A stretch of DNA of 63,489 nucleotides, filler included, from Nemertoderma westbladi (Eukaryota > Animalia > Xenacoelomorpha), in the NCBI GenBank assembly GCA_032718475.1. It is 4 parts of 4 records of this genome, joined end to end, with 100 filler letters (N's around TTAATTAATTAA, not from the genome) between each part and the next. Parts side by side here need not be neighbours in the genome. Positions count along the whole stretch, not along the records: positions 1 to 21,686 come from JAUCBJ010003760.1; positions 21,787 to 45,045 come from JAUCBJ010002706.1; 2 more parts are not named here. One strand, written 5' to 3'. A model generated the notes under the pieces. That model did not search any database. It was given only the letters and a program-made list of their open reading frames with translations, and had not been told where the DNA came from. Made by a program: the position numbers and the translations under genes. This document shows, piece after piece, positions 13,641-28,224 of the stretch. Position 1 is the stretch's first letter. Every line of letters starts with the position of its first letter.

Positions 13641-13972
13641 GTTGGTATGGTAACGTATTGCGGAGAGAGCCACGTTAATGAGCACGCCATATCATACGGC
13701 TATATTTGTTACCGTGTCATGTTAGTAAAGGTAACGCGCAAAGTGGATCGAGGCACGTTCATAGGTGCATATTCAAAACGTTCAAATTATGAGGACAACT
13801 ACTATAGTACATACTGACATCAAAAATGTGTTAAAGAAATGTCGAAAATAAGATGGCTTATTAAAATAGATTTGTAATAGACGAATTCCAATATATGTAC
13901 AATATAGACCAAAAATAATACATAAATACAATAATACATTCATAGTCATATTACAAATCTATTGTATTTTAG

Positions 13973-14209
13973 GCTTTGCAAGCGTCTGTTTCATTCTCGC
14001 AAGATGAACTACAGAAAAACAGTCTGAGTTACATAGAAGATAATACAGCTGAAGTATTTCGGAGTTCCACCTTCCAGGAACTCACTGAAGATGGCCTATC
14101 AGTAATACTTCGGAGTGACAAACTCAACATAGATGAGATGGAAGTTATACAACACGTGAAGCAATGGGCTAAAGCGTGCGCCGTTGTGAGTGGGAAAACA
14201 ATCGCTGAG
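13973..14209 (+). CDS. BTBD19: BTBD19-like, exon 3 (BACK domain)
   Basis: Bounded by AG/GT, phase 0. FQEL ... ILRSDKLNIDEMEVIQHVKQW is a BACK motif. Confidence 0.88.
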
Positions 14210-14667
14210 GTAATTACAATAAATTAAATAATGGAGCTAATGTCAACATCTACACATATATATTCGATTTAATTATATATTTTTATTTATTTAAAATATT
14301 TATATTATATTTGACAAAGATATTCGCGCCCAAAATGAGTGGCCATATATAATCACAATAATATTCATTTTCAAAACGCAGATTAATTGTAATTGGTGGA
14401 GAAATTGAATTTTCGCTCAAATACATTGTAACCCTGTAATATGTAATTCAGAGATAAATAAATATGAAATGAGAAAAACATTTCTTAACAAAATTATAAA
14501 AACTGCGAAATAGAATCTCCCAAATTAAAAGTGATGCGAAATAATAAAAAGGTTATGAAATAATAACAAGCTCGAAATCGCGCAAAGGTCCGCGTCTACT
14601 AGCGCATAACTGTCTCCTCCAATGGCTTACTACCAATCTTACGATCAAAAAAATTAACCTGAAAGGA

Positions 14668-14730
14668 TGGATTGAACTCGGTAGCTAGAGATTCCACGAC
14701 CAACGCTCTACCAACTTCGTCACCGCGCCG
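14668..14730 (-). other. Degenerate tRNA-like segment (SINE head or tRNA pseudogene)
   Basis: Minus strand ggcgcggtgacgaagttggtagagcg ... cgagttcaatcc has A- and B-box-like motifs, but no intact cloverleaf. Confidence 0.4.
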
Positions 14731-14749
14731 TAAGAAGCCTTATAAAACT

Positions 14750-14975
14750 AAAACCTAACTGGAGACTATCCCCAACAACAACGGAGTGAATTCTAGAGGT
14801 CTCGCTACGCGGACTTAATAACTGGAAACTAACAACAACAACAACAATAATAACAACGGAGTTAATACTAGTGGTCTCGCTACGCGGACCTAAAAACCTA
14901 ACTGGAAATTTACAATAACAACATCACCAAGAACAACGGAGTTAATACTAGTGGCTCGCTACGCGGACCTAAAAA
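14750..14975. repeat. Three imperfect ~70-bp tandem copies ending in a small hairpin (ggtctcgctacgcggacc)
   Basis: aacggag..aat.ctag.ggtctcgctacgcggac occurs three times, with (AAC)n spacers. Confidence 0.75.
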
Positions 14976-15069
14976 TATGAGTAGTGAGTGAATTTGGACA
15001 CATGTTGTACCTTGAAGCACTCCGAGTAAGCCAATTAAAGGTTTGTTAACACGTCTGTATTTTTCTTAG

Positions 15070-15300
15070 GTTGCAAAGAAAGTAGTGACACACATCCGCC
15101 TCCCTTTACTATCCATGAACGAACTTTCCTCGGTGGAGAATGAAAATAGATCCGAGTACTTTATACCTATAGATATGATTGCATTCGCCTGGAAGTACCA
15201 CGCCGATCATAAGGTTAAACGGGGGAACAAATGGACAACGAAAAGAAAGGGAACATTGTACAGAGAAGGTCAAGGATATTTACAGGAGCCGCAATGTTGA
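15070..15300 (+). CDS. BTBD19: BTBD19-like, exon 4 (last)
   Basis: ttcttAG acceptor; HIRLPLL ... AFAWKYHA ... TTKRKGT; ends TGA. The spliced product is 292 aa, about the size of BTBD19. Confidence 0.86.
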   Translation, partial: VAKKVVTHIRLPLLSMNELSSVENENRSEYFIPIDMIAFAWKYHADHKVKRGNKWTTKRKGTLYREGQGYLQEPQC

Positions 15301-15311
15301 TACTGATGGAG

Positions 15312-15398
15312 TTAATATAGAGACAGTCCCATTGATATAGAGACAGTCCCATTGATATAGAGACAGTCCCATTGATATAGAGACAGTCCCATTGATAC
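15312..15398. repeat. 20-bp unit x ~4 (ATTGATATAGAGACAGTCCC) just after the BTBD19 stop
   Basis: Directly visible. Confidence 0.95.
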
Positions 15399-17420
15399 TG
15401 TTATATGTGATTTTTAGACGTACACAGTACACACACATGTAGTGGTGGGTTGGTCGCTGGTCGGGCCAGACCTTTATCCTTCATATAGAATCACGTCGAA
15501 TTACCAATGTACGGTGCGGTGATAATAAATAACGTCATTTAATTTTAACAATAAAATTACATATTTTACAGTTAATAAAATGCTTCATTTACATTCTTCA
15601 CATCCAAGGATCAAACATATTGAACTCGCTCGCTAAATACGAGATATCCAGATTTTCAACGTAATCAAAATGCATCCCTCACAAGGATTAAGGGGGGGGG
15701 GGGGGGGGGGGGGTACCCCCCCCCCCCCCCCCTCATCCCCTCGTTAAAAATTCAGAAAATTGTTTTTATTGAATCTAGAGTAGAATTTAATGGGGATTTA
15801 AAATCTGAAAACGGCTGAAGAGAGATCTCTTTTAGTTCTCGAGTTATCGTGGAATATCTGTCTGGCAATCTGTCTGTTAAAATGTAAGACAACCAACAGA
15901 CTACATTCCACCAAATATCAAAACTGACATCGGCAATGATATCAGCGTACCCAGTAAACCCCCATAAATATAAATTTTAGCTCGGTGTGTGTTCCTTCCA
16001 TGTCAGACACTATTAACCAACCAGACCCTCATACAGGTAGTTTTGCGCGGGAAGGATTGAACTTTGAAGGTAATTATCTCAGAATGGCATTTTTTTTGCA
16101 TGAAAAATACTACTCCTCCGCCCTCCGTTTATTGCAATTTTTGCTTATATGAAAGGTAATTTCATTAGCTTCAATAAATTTCACGCACATTTCTTAATTT
16201 AATAATATTTCCCCATTTTTTTAATGACAAATTACAAAAAAACATTCAGTCTTTTCAGTTTTTAAAAAATTTAAGATATATTTTTTACAAAATTGACCAT
16301 TACCAGAAATGGAATACGAAAATACAAAAGTGCGTGAAAATATTATGAAAATTCTGGTTCCAAAAAATGTGGTATCGAAAAATAAAAAATGGAAAATAAC
16401 GGGAGGAGTAGTCGTTTAGTAAAATTATAAAAAGTTCACGTAGGCCGCTAGGGGGCGCTAATATAATTTGTTTTCAAATTTTTATGCACTTTTAATGATT
16501 CTCTTTTCGATGGTATATCGTTTTCTATGCATTTTTCAAACACATTGGAGACATGTAGAAAATACGAAAAAACCCTAGAAGATAAGCCGGCAATGCCAGA
16601 AGATAAATAAGCCAGCAATATCTAATTTAAATAATCCTGATAAAATATTCCTTTTAAAAATGTTGCTTTCATAACGGTATTTATTTGTTATTATTTGTAG
16701 GTGAATAGCTAGTTTGGTTGGTGGTTTTACACATAAGCATCACAAATAATAACAAAATAAGATTACGACATACATAAAAATACAGTAAATGAATTCATTT
16801 AACGAACAATCTAATATCTAAAATACATAATCTGGTTATAAAGAATCTCCGCATCAATAAATATTATTATAGGTAAACAATATAAACCCAATACAACACA
16901 TACTAATCCTACTAGTGCTTCCTGACTTAGTTCCAAGTAGACAGCCATTAAGGGCACCGAATACGGTTCGAACGGGGTATTTATTCTCATCTAAACCGGA
17001 TTGTTATAATTCCGGCCGGTGCCGAAGTCAAACCTGAGTTTTACAAACGCGAAGTGCAAGATAGAGCGCCAAGCACAGTCTAAACCACACCTAGTCTCCA
17101 GGAGTATGGTATTATATCATAGTAAATAACGCCCCCCAGATAGAAGAATGTAGATTTTGTTACAGTTTGTTACATACGGTTGATGAAAGGTTGCTCAGTT
17201 CCAACATTTATAGAATACTAAATAGTTCCGGAGAATAACCGATGCAAACAAATACAGCAATGTTTCCCGTTCGATCCATTGAGTACTAACCATATTGTCG
17301 GTTGGCCCCTTGGATATTTTAAAGTAGATGGCTTCAGTAAACGACGACTGGCCGCTCATTGAGCTCCTGTTGAATGGCGAGCATTCCCCCTCTACACCTC
17401 GCTACTCCCACTGCACCTCG

Positions 17421-18611
<1,191 letters not shown>

Positions 18612-19148
18612 TCAATTTACTCAGTTAACAATCAATGAACAGAGTAGGCCTACGCTAGGTAATTAAATTAATTAAAAAAAAACAATAATTATAAGCAGTT
18701 TGCGCGTACTGTCAGATTATATAGGCCTATACCTATACCTGTATAGCGGTTGTACTGCAGTACTGTACAACTGTAATAATTATAATACAGTAATAGGTGT
18801 AATGGTGTAGGCTAGGTAGGGTAATGACAAATTATCTATCATCTCCTCATCTTCGATCTTCAAATCAGATAGGGGGGGGGGGGGGGGGGGGGGGGAACTT
18901 TCGACACAAAATTAATCCCTCTCCAAGAGGAATCGACGCAAATAACAGCTGAAAACTGTTCTTTTGATTTTAGTTAATTGTTTTGGTTAGAATAACGTAT
19001 CACTGTAACCTGCTCCTTTCCCTAAATCGATAATTTAACATAGAGACAAAATATTAATTCGCCGAGATGAGATGCGTCCAGTTACCCCCCCCCCCCCCCC
19101 CCCCCCCCCCCCCGTCTCGTCATCTTATGCTTACAACATACACGAAGT

Positions 19149-19812
19149 AAGGCCTTCGCCCTGCACGTGACATAAACTTATGTCCTTCGAAATAATTATA
19201 AGCAAAATCTTAGCAGATGTCCCCTGCTCACTTTACGCCAGTCAGACTGGGTAACTGCAGTCGATTTAAAGACCTCGCAAAAACTCATTCTGAGGTCTAG
19301 AATATGTACCAGGTATCAATCAGGTAGAAAGGATTATAAACAATAATACGAAATGGCTGAAGGTTTTCATTTCAGCCCACTAGCGGTAGACTGGCGAACT
19401 GCCGAGGGTTACCGTCCCACCAAAGACGCAGCCTATGGATGGTCTATGGCCTAGCATGTATATATGTCAATTTCCAACTTGAACAGATAAACAAAAAAAA
19501 AAAACGAAAAAATGGGAGGTTAGAGAATGTTTTCAATTCAGATATTTCGACCTCTAGCGGCAAACTGTGGAAGTGTAAATGGAGTACCATCCCACAAAGG
19601 AGCAGCAGGATTTCTAGTACACATATGCCGGGGTTTCAGCTTAAAATCGGATTAAGCTGAAGGAAACTGTGGAAGGTTTTCAGATTCAGACATATCGCCC
19701 TCTAGTGGTAGACTGAAGAACTACAGAGAAATCACCTTCACCAAAAAGACGCAGCATGTGGTATAGTACATACATTCCACAATTAAGCTTAAACAGATTA
19801 AGATCAAGGACT
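19149..19812 (-). mobile_element. Partial copy of the Helentron-like element at 41749-43016, interrupted by a LINE
   Basis: Starts ggccttcgccctgcacgtga and shares the internal ccctctagcgg repeats and flanking blocks. Confidence 0.6.
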
Positions 19813-19814
19813 TT

Positions 19815-21686
19815 TTTAATGAAAAAAAATATATTGCTATTGGAGTCCTAGATCTCTCTAAAGCTTTCAACTCTCTCCAGCACGACATTCTTCGAGATAA
19901 ATTAACAGAAATTGGATTCCAATCGAATGCTGTTGCACTTATTAAAAGTTATCTTCTCGACCGCCCACAAGCTGTAAAATTAAGCAGAATGTTCTCAGAC
20001 TGGAAAATTTGCAATAGGGGTATACCACAGGGCACCAAACTTGGACCATTATTGTTTTTAATATACCACAGGGCACCAAACTTGGACCATTATTGTTTTT
20101 AATATACCACAGGGCACCAAACTTGGACCATAATTGTTTTTAATATACCACAGGGCACCAAACTTGGACCATTATTGTTTTTAATATACCACAGGGCACC
20201 AAACTTGGACCATTATTGTTTTTAATATACCACAGGGCACCAAACTTGGACCATTATTGTTTTTAATATACCACAGGGCACCAAACTTGGACCATTATTG
20301 TTTTTAATATAACTTGGACCATTCTTGTTTTTAATATACCACAGGGCACCAAACTTGGACCATTATTGTTTTTAATATACCACAGGGCACCAAACTTGGA
20401 CCATTATTGTTTTTAATATACCACAGGGCACCAAACTTGGACCATTATTGTTTTTAATATACCACAGGGCACCAAACTTGGACCATTATTGTTTTTAATA
20501 TACCACAGGGCACCAAACTTGGACCATTATTGTTTTTAATATACCACAGGGCACCAAACTTGGACCATTATTGTTTTTAATATACCACAGGGCACCAAAC
20601 TTGGACCATTATTGTTTTTAATATACCACAGGGCACCAAACTTGGACCATTATTGTTTTTAATATACCACAAGGCACCAAACTTGGACCATTATTGTTTT
20701 TAATATACCACAGGGCACCAAACTTGGACCATTATTGTTTTTAATATATTTCAACGACTTTGAGGCAATCAAATAAATTTGGAAACAATCCAATATGCTG
20801 ATGACACTCTTATATATTGCTCGCACCCAAATGCACATACTGCAGTAAAACAACTAAACAATCAAATCACATTACAGTAGCCAGCTATTCGCAAAACTAG
20901 GTATGAAATAAACTCAAATAAAACATAACTTATTGTTATATCCCCCCAATTAAAGATAACAGACGAATTAAATAATCTACATTTTTGTGCTTAATAATGA
21001 CATAATTAAACAATCCAACTACAATTAAATATTTAGGCATCATCATACAGTAGTATCAGATTATCATGGAAGGACCAAATAAAAACTACTGTAGATCTAA
21101 AATGGCAGCGGCCACATCCACAATACGCCAAATAAAAGGACAATAATTACCAATCTCTACGAAATTAATGTTATACAAAGCTCTAATCATGCCGTACCAT
21201 AACTACTGTAGTATCTTAACAGCGACATATAATAATACTCACGGATATAAGGTACTACTGTACAAAATGGATAAGATTCAAAATTACACACATAGGCTAA
21301 TCTATAACAAAAAAATACGAGAAACTTCAGGATCAGAACTAAGACAATTAGCTAGGATCCCGCACCTTAACGCACTGAGAGAATACCACGCAATACAATA
21401 TTTCTATAAATACATGTTCAACATTATCCCATCATTTAAATCATTAAATCAAATATCATTCATCAATCAAATATCACTATCTAATAAGCAAATAAATCCA
21501 CGAACTAAAAAAATAAAAGTTCCAAAAACAACAAACAGATTTGGAAACAACTCTTTTATTATCACATGCATAAAATCATGGAACAATTTACCTAATAACA
21601 TTCGTAAATTTGCACTCAAAAATAATTTTTTGTCACTATTGAAAAATTACTACATAACGCAATATGAAAGAAAAGCAGTAACATAA
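19815..21686 (+). mobile_element. 5'-truncated, frameshifted CR1/L2-group LINE ORF2 (RT plus C-terminus)
   Basis: LDLSKAF, GIPQGTKLGPLLFLIY, QYADDT, IKYLGI, LYKALIMP ... KSWNNLP. Runs into the gap. Confidence 0.9.
20021..20747. repeat. 41-bp unit x ~18 inside the LINE RT
   Basis: TACCACAGGGCACCAAACTTGGACCATTATTGTTTTTAATA encodes the PQG motif region. Confidence 0.98.
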
Positions 21687-21786
21687 NNNNNNNNNNNNNN
21701 NNNNNNNNNNNNNNNNNNNNNNNNNNNNNNTTAATTAATTAANNNNNNNNNNNNNNNNNNNNNNNNNNNNNNNNNNNNNNNNNNNN
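21687..21786. other. Artificial assembly spacer N44-TTAATTAATTAA-N44
   Basis: The same 100-bp spacer occurs three times; the linker has stops in all six frames. Confidence 0.98.
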
Positions 21787-22357
21787 CAGGTTACAGTGGC
21801 ACGTTATTTTAACCAAAACAATAAACTAAATACAATATAGAATAGGTTACAGTTTTATTTTTGAGAATGATAATAATCAGCTGTTATTTGCGTCGAATTT
21901 CCCATGGAGAGGGATAAATTTTATTGCGTCCAGTCCCCCCCCCCCCCCCCCCCCCCCTCCCTATCTGAAACATCTTGGTGTATGTATACTGTCAAGAGCG
22001 CGATCTGGCGGTGTCTTCAACTTTTGATAGATTTATACCAGGCATAGTCCTGGTATCCATGGCTACCAGGATAAAACACGTGAAAGAACAAGAACCTAGA
22101 GACTAATGGGTCGAGTTATTGAGACTCGTGATGTGCCTTTTGAAAATAAAGTCAGTGTCGCATCCACAAACAGTGCCACAAAGTAACTTAATTATAAACT
22201 CATTTACTTATTGTCCATTTTTATTTTTGGCTATTGTAGTTCGTGATTTAAGTTTGTGGCAGCAGCTGGACAAAGAGCAAGACTAATTGCGACTAATTAT
22301 AGATTCTGATGGAAATCAAAATGCTACTTATTTGTTACATACATAAACCTCGTTAAG

Positions 22358-24750
22358 GTTAATTGATAATTATATTATTTAATTTAATGGTCAAGCAAGT
22401 TAAATAAAAAAAAACCTTACCGGTAGGTATGCAATAGGGTGGGCCGATTTTTAGTTTTTGTTGAATTTTTATTTGTCTACCAATTAAAAAGTTGCTTTTT
22501 TGAAAATCGGCCCACCCTAGTATGCAAGTATGTAATAAACTAAAAAGCAACTGGACCTAGACGGTTGCATACAATCAGAATCAGTGATTAGCTGACGACG
22601 GTCAGCTGACCTGTAGGTTTCGCCTCACGAAGGAAGACATTCAACCGATCTGTTTGCACGAAGGTTACGTGGTCTCATACCAACGTCTCATACCAACGTC
22701 ATGCATTATCTCATGACTGTGGGTGTACATTTTCCGAAGTCTTACTACTTTAGAAAGTTCTACAAGCTCATGGAGTAAAATTTTTTTTTTTTACTGCCAT
22801 CCCTAGTAAGAAAATTTTACAAGTGCAAAGTTAACAAAGTTAAAAAGACTAAATATTTTCTTTGCCGATTCTAGACTCAAATTTTAGCCCGCATCTAATT
22901 CTGAAACTCGTTTGTCCTTATTATATCTTACTTTTCCTGTTACAGGTGGTTTTGGAGAGATTGTTTGTGGTGAAGTATAGTTTTTATTTAGTTATAAAAA
23001 AAAAGCACATTAAGCAGCCTTCTTTCAACTAGCCATGGTTGTGACATATAATTTATACAGTAATTACTTTTGAACTTCTGTGGTGTAAAATTCTAACACG
23101 TATTTCTATTTTTATTGTTTTACTAAAGACAAGCTTTTTGGTTCGGTATCTGAAATTTGATGCTCTAGGTCCTAGGACATATTTGGTTACAATGATGTAA
23201 AGAACTATCGGTAAAGAGAGTAACCGTTGATAAAGTATGTACGCACAGTACCTAACTGTATCATGTAGAGGCCAAGACACTAAAATGACTAGTGAGTACC
23301 GATGAGTACGGGTAGGACTGTATCATTAGGTGTTTGCGAAACTGATATACCAATAACTGAATTCGATATAGTATTATAATAATAGGATCGTATGAAACCC
23401 AGCCACCATACATGTTTGTAGCGGTCTAACAGTTGTAGTACAATGCACGGCATAGTCGGTCGCGCAAGTAAAATAATAAGAACTGATGACATTTAGTTTC
23501 TTTCTTGTAATTCCGGATAAAAAATATATTACAATAAGACGAACAAGACGACCACCTACACCGTAGAAAATATACCCCAAAGCTAAATTCCTATTAATAT
23601 TTATTTTTACGTTCTTCTAAATAATATTTGCTTGCCTGCTGTGTACTGTACTAGAAAGCCGAGGATCCCGGACGCATTAGTGCTTAGGGTAGACTTGTGT
23701 AGATACAATAATATTGAAACTTTTATAGAATTTATTCAATTTATTTATTGTAATATACATTGTAATACTTGTAAATTACATATTATATGTAATATGATAT
23801 TGGAAACCGGTTTATGGACTATTGGTACTGATTTGAATACTAATAATGCACCAAATATAGCCATCGCGTTCGACATAGCATGGTCTATAATGCTATGATA
23901 CAAAGCCGTTGTTGCTATGTTCGAGCCTTAATAACGAACCACACCAGACCATATCTACCTAATTATTACAGCTCTTTTAGTATGTCCAGAATTTATATTC
24001 TTTTAATCTCGATATTAAGATATGATATGCAATATATATCATTACTTATGATGCTATGCTGTCAAAATAATGCTAAGGCTAACTAAAATACCATAAGTAG
24101 GACTACATAGGACCTACATATGATGATAGACTGGTATATAGCCAAAATGATACATTTATGGTATATTTAGCATTAACGATCATGTTATACTGCAAAGATG
24201 TTGTTAGATGTTGTTGATGAGATTATAATATGGCTCGAATAGGCAGACAATTGGGGTGAATTTACACTGAATAATGGTGTGTGTCAAAATTGACACACTT
24301 GAACTTTCTAGGGGTACGCAAAGTCTGGCCTTTCTAGTTTTTTAAACATTTCAAATTAATTGCACGGCACCCATTGTTGCCTGATCTGCAAAAGCTTGAA
24401 ATGCATTATATTCGCACTCGCCGGCCCATTATCGACAAGCCGCAACGTGATTGGCTCAAATTTGTGGTGCTGCTTCCCAGTTGATAGTTACTGGTACCTC
24501 TTTGTTTCATTGTCCGTTCCTTCTCCCTTTGGGACTTCACACTCTAAATGTCATTTATTGGCTTGGCCTCCTGGAGAGAATGCCTTCCTTCGTAAGGCGA
24601 AACCTCTCAGTAGACCGCCGCCAGCTGGTTGCATACAACCGTCTAGGTCCAGTTGCTTTTTAGTTTATTACATACTTGCATACCTACCGGTAAGGTTTTT
24701 TACTTCACTTGCTTGACGATTAATTAAATAATAAAATTATCGATTAATAT
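22358..24750. repeat. Long imperfect inverted repeat pair (about 22358-22645 vs 24578-24750); possible TIR element
   Basis: gtatgtaataaactaaaaagcaactggacctagacggttg occurs left, and its reverse complement at about 24635-24675. Confidence 0.7.
22435..22519. mobile_element. 85-bp hAT-type MITE
   Basis: TIRs TAGGGTGGGCCGATTTT / AAAATCGGCCCACCCTA and an 8-bp TSD GTATGCAA. The empty site is visible in the opposite repeat arm. Confidence 0.9.
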
Positions 24751-25239
24751 TAATGGTTCTTCATGCGTTCACTTCAATCTATACTTCGTTAACGATTATG
24801 ATAAGTGTTCATTTTCAAGTTAATAGTAGAGTTAAAACGAGCAGGCTGTAGCAAACAGATGCTATATGCTATTATTGCAAGTTGCAGGGTCAGAAAATAT
24901 ATATTTAAATATAATGAAATAATGAAATAAAATAAATATATATTTTATTGGTGCTTTTATTGTGTAAAGCAGGCATCGAGCAGTTGTATACTGGTTGCAT
25001 TTGACATTTTACGTTAATTTATTTAGAAGGTAATATATACTTTGTTTGATGCAGGGATCAAGGCCGGATTTAGGAATAGATCGACCAGGCCAAGGTCTAG
25101 GGCCTCCATAAATATACGATGATTAAAAAAAATTTAAAATAAGTTAATGATTATATTAATATATTTAAATACAGGACTATTATTTTAATTATTATGCCAA
25201 TACACATTTTTTATTTCATTTTCTGATATATATCACCAA

Positions 25240-25520
25240 GGTTCCACCTTGGTGTAGTGGTTGCATTGAATTCACATCTCCTGTAGGTCGTGGGTTCGAT
25301 CCTCACTTGGGCCAGGGCAGTTTTCGTTTCGGCACGAATGCTTTAAAGGGACCAGCCAGGGCGCATCTCTGCCTTGCATCCTTAAGTGGTAGCTAAATGA
25401 GTACTGGAGTTTCCTCTGGGGAGTAAAGTTCTGGGGGGACCGCACTGGAAATAATTCGTCAGACTTTGTGCGTAATCCCTGGCCTAGCGGCCGAAGAAAA
25501 TTTACTTTTACTTTACTTTT
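25240..25520 (+). mobile_element. tRNA-derived SINE with (TTTAC)n tail
   Basis: A box TGGTGTAGTGG, B box GGTTCGATCC. Near-identical copy at 54652-54915 and a fragment at about 27893-27940. Confidence 0.88.
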
Positions 25521-25749
25521 TATATTATCAATCCTTTAGAAGTAAAATTTGCTCGGCTTGTGATAGGGGCCTCCGAGATAACAAAGGCAAGTAACCTAGA
25601 AAAACCAAGCCATTTCGAATTTGTAATATTACTTTCCATTCATTCTAAGCTTATGTTTGGAGGTAAATCTTATCAGAGCCGTGCCAGTAGAATGAAGCCT
25701 TGTGTAGCAACAACTAATAGTGAGTAAATAAATGTTCAGCTTATTTCAA

Positions 25750-27304
25750 GAAACCATCTTGTTTGGAACGAACCAACGTTTGGCGTCCAGTGCACCACTA
25801 GCAGTCACTTGTAACGGGAAACCCATATCGAACCGAACTGTTGTCACATACCTGGGTTGCAAACTAGACCAATCAATGAACGGAGAGTCTATGATCACCG
25901 CGATAGTCAAGAAAGGGAATTCTAGATTAAAATTTCTTTACCGATTCTCCGGGGTACTAGACTACAACCTACGTCGCCTACTATGTAACGCGCTGATACA
26001 GCCTCTCATGGACTATGCTGCTGCTGTCTGGTTCTACTCAATCAGCTCAATCTGGCGCAACAAGCTTGAGGCACTGCAGCGGAAGTGCATTCGATATTGC
26101 TTATCTTTAGAGGACCGCAGCCACATCTATCCATCGCACTACAAAACCATAAACTGGCTACCAATAGAATATCGAGTGCAACAAAATCTGGTAACTCTTA
26201 TGTACAAGACCCAGCGCGGAACCTCACCGAGTTACATCCAAGATATGGTTAACTTCAATAAAAACACGCGATCAACACGAACCCCGAGAACAAAAGCATC
26301 GATCCCCCATAAGAATACTAAATTCGCACAGAACTCATTCGACTATCGAGGCCCAGCGTTCTGGAACGCCCTACCGAACTGTGTAACAGAGGCAACGACA
26401 CTAGAGTCTTTTAAACACCAAGTAAAACGCCATTACTTAAATACTCTAACCGACGCATGAATCACAATTGCTTGCACACTATTAACCCACTTAATTCATA
26501 AACATGCATCGCTGTTCTTTTACTAAGTTTGTTTTTCTACCTTTATTTATCTAAATACTTGACAGAATTTTTGACAGTAAATTGACAGAAAAATTTTAAG
26601 TAACAAATTTTAAATTATCCCATCTATAACCATTTTTAGATTAAAGCACTGACCATTTTATTTGTGTATTTTTATTTGTAGTCTTGAACTTAATTTTTAT
26701 TGCTTCCCCAACAATTATACAATCATATTAGTAGTTCCATGTGTATTCTAATCTGTAGTCCACAAACAATGCATCGCAGTTCCTTTACTAAGTTTTTTTT
26801 TTTTTATATTTATTTTATCTAAATATTTGACAATTTTAAGTAACAAATTTCAAATCATCCCACCCATAACCATTTTTAGATTAAAGCACTGACCATTTTA
26901 TTTGTGTATTTTTATTTGTAGTCCTGAATTTAATTTTTATTGCTTCCCCAACAATTATACAATCTTATTAGTAGTTCATGTGTATTCTAATCTGTAGTCC
27001 TAAATTTAATTTTATTACTTCCCCGACTATTTTACCTAAAAGATTATTACATAGCGGGGACCCACATGGAAACGAGGTGCGCCTCATGTGGCTATCCCAT
27101 TAAGTGACAATTTTATCGATATAACTCGCGTAAGATGTACTGTTCATATATTTTTCATACCATACTGATTTAATTTCATAACAAAAATATCTCGTACTGT
27201 ATCTATAACAATTGTATGGTTGCTAACGGTCTATACCAACTTAAATATTATCTATTATGTGTCCCGTCACTAATAAATCAATATCAATATCAATATCAAT
27301 ATCA
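25750..27304 (+). mobile_element. 5'-truncated CR1/L2-group (Crack/Daphne-like) LINE: ORF2 C-terminus plus 3' UTR
   Basis: VTYLGC.LD ... RLKFLYR ... LIQPLMDY ... FWNALP. AATAAA is followed by an (ATATCA)n tail. There is a ~265-bp duplication in the 3' UTR (about 26503 and 26769). Confidence 0.88.
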
Positions 27305-28224
27305 TTTCCAAAGGGGTCCTTTATGTTACATTGGTTACAAATAAAATATAACACTAAAATGTAGTTAAAAAGCCTTCAAATAGTGTCTATAAATTAGCAT
27401 TGACACTCACGAGCTGGTCCAAGAATTTAAATCAAATTATAATACGCTGTCTCCTACAAACCAAAATCCGGCAGGTATTATATAACAGGATAACATTTCA
27501 ATTTCTTATCGAAATTAAGAAGAGAATTGCAAATCGCAACACTCAAATGTGAAACATCAACTCACCAAATTGATCAACACTTAGATGGTGCTGGCGTCTG
27601 GTCAATTAGTTGAGGATATCAGAATAACAGTTGAAACAATACAGATCAGAAATTAGCGAGGCATATGAGGTAGGAATGTAGAACTGATATAAATGGATAC
27701 CAGGATACCCTGCAAACTGTAATTCCATGCGGATTAAGTTCGACCGACGTAATTAATTCGTCCGGCGGATTATAGATTGTTACTTTACCGGTTAACTTGA
27801 TTTATCTCGTCTCACAATGGCTCGCCGCTCACTGATATTGCAAATACGAAATGCTACGAATGCAAAAGCATTAATATTGGTAGTTTAACAAAGTTCCTCT
27901 GGGAGTGCAGTTCTGGGGGGACCGCACTGGAGATAAGTCGCCATACTTAGAGCAATCTAGCTGAGTTTAACATCATCAATCTGTTTAACTTCTCCTTTCT
28001 CAAAAGAATTCAAGTTCTATAGACGCTCGAATTTTCTCCATGCCGAATATATTTATAAAAAAGTACTTTTTTAATGAGCGTAGATTTTTAAATATTAAAT
28101 GAAAAAAAATATTGTATATTATTACATAGAGATTGTCCCACACTGCTCGAAACCTATAGCTACTCTTTTGCGTCAAATTCGCACCAAATTGTTTTCTCAT
28201 GCTAACTTAAAGTTAGTTTCAAAC

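Noticed and set aside
21731-21742. TTAATTAATTAA motif recurring three times
   Set aside because: It is centred in N runs and is an artificial linker. Synteny across spacers is not reliable.
25240-25320. Possible tRNA genes (also 2551-2625, 14668-14730, 54652-54730, ~59735-59765)
   Set aside because: A/B boxes are present but there is no complete cloverleaf; most continue into SINE bodies.
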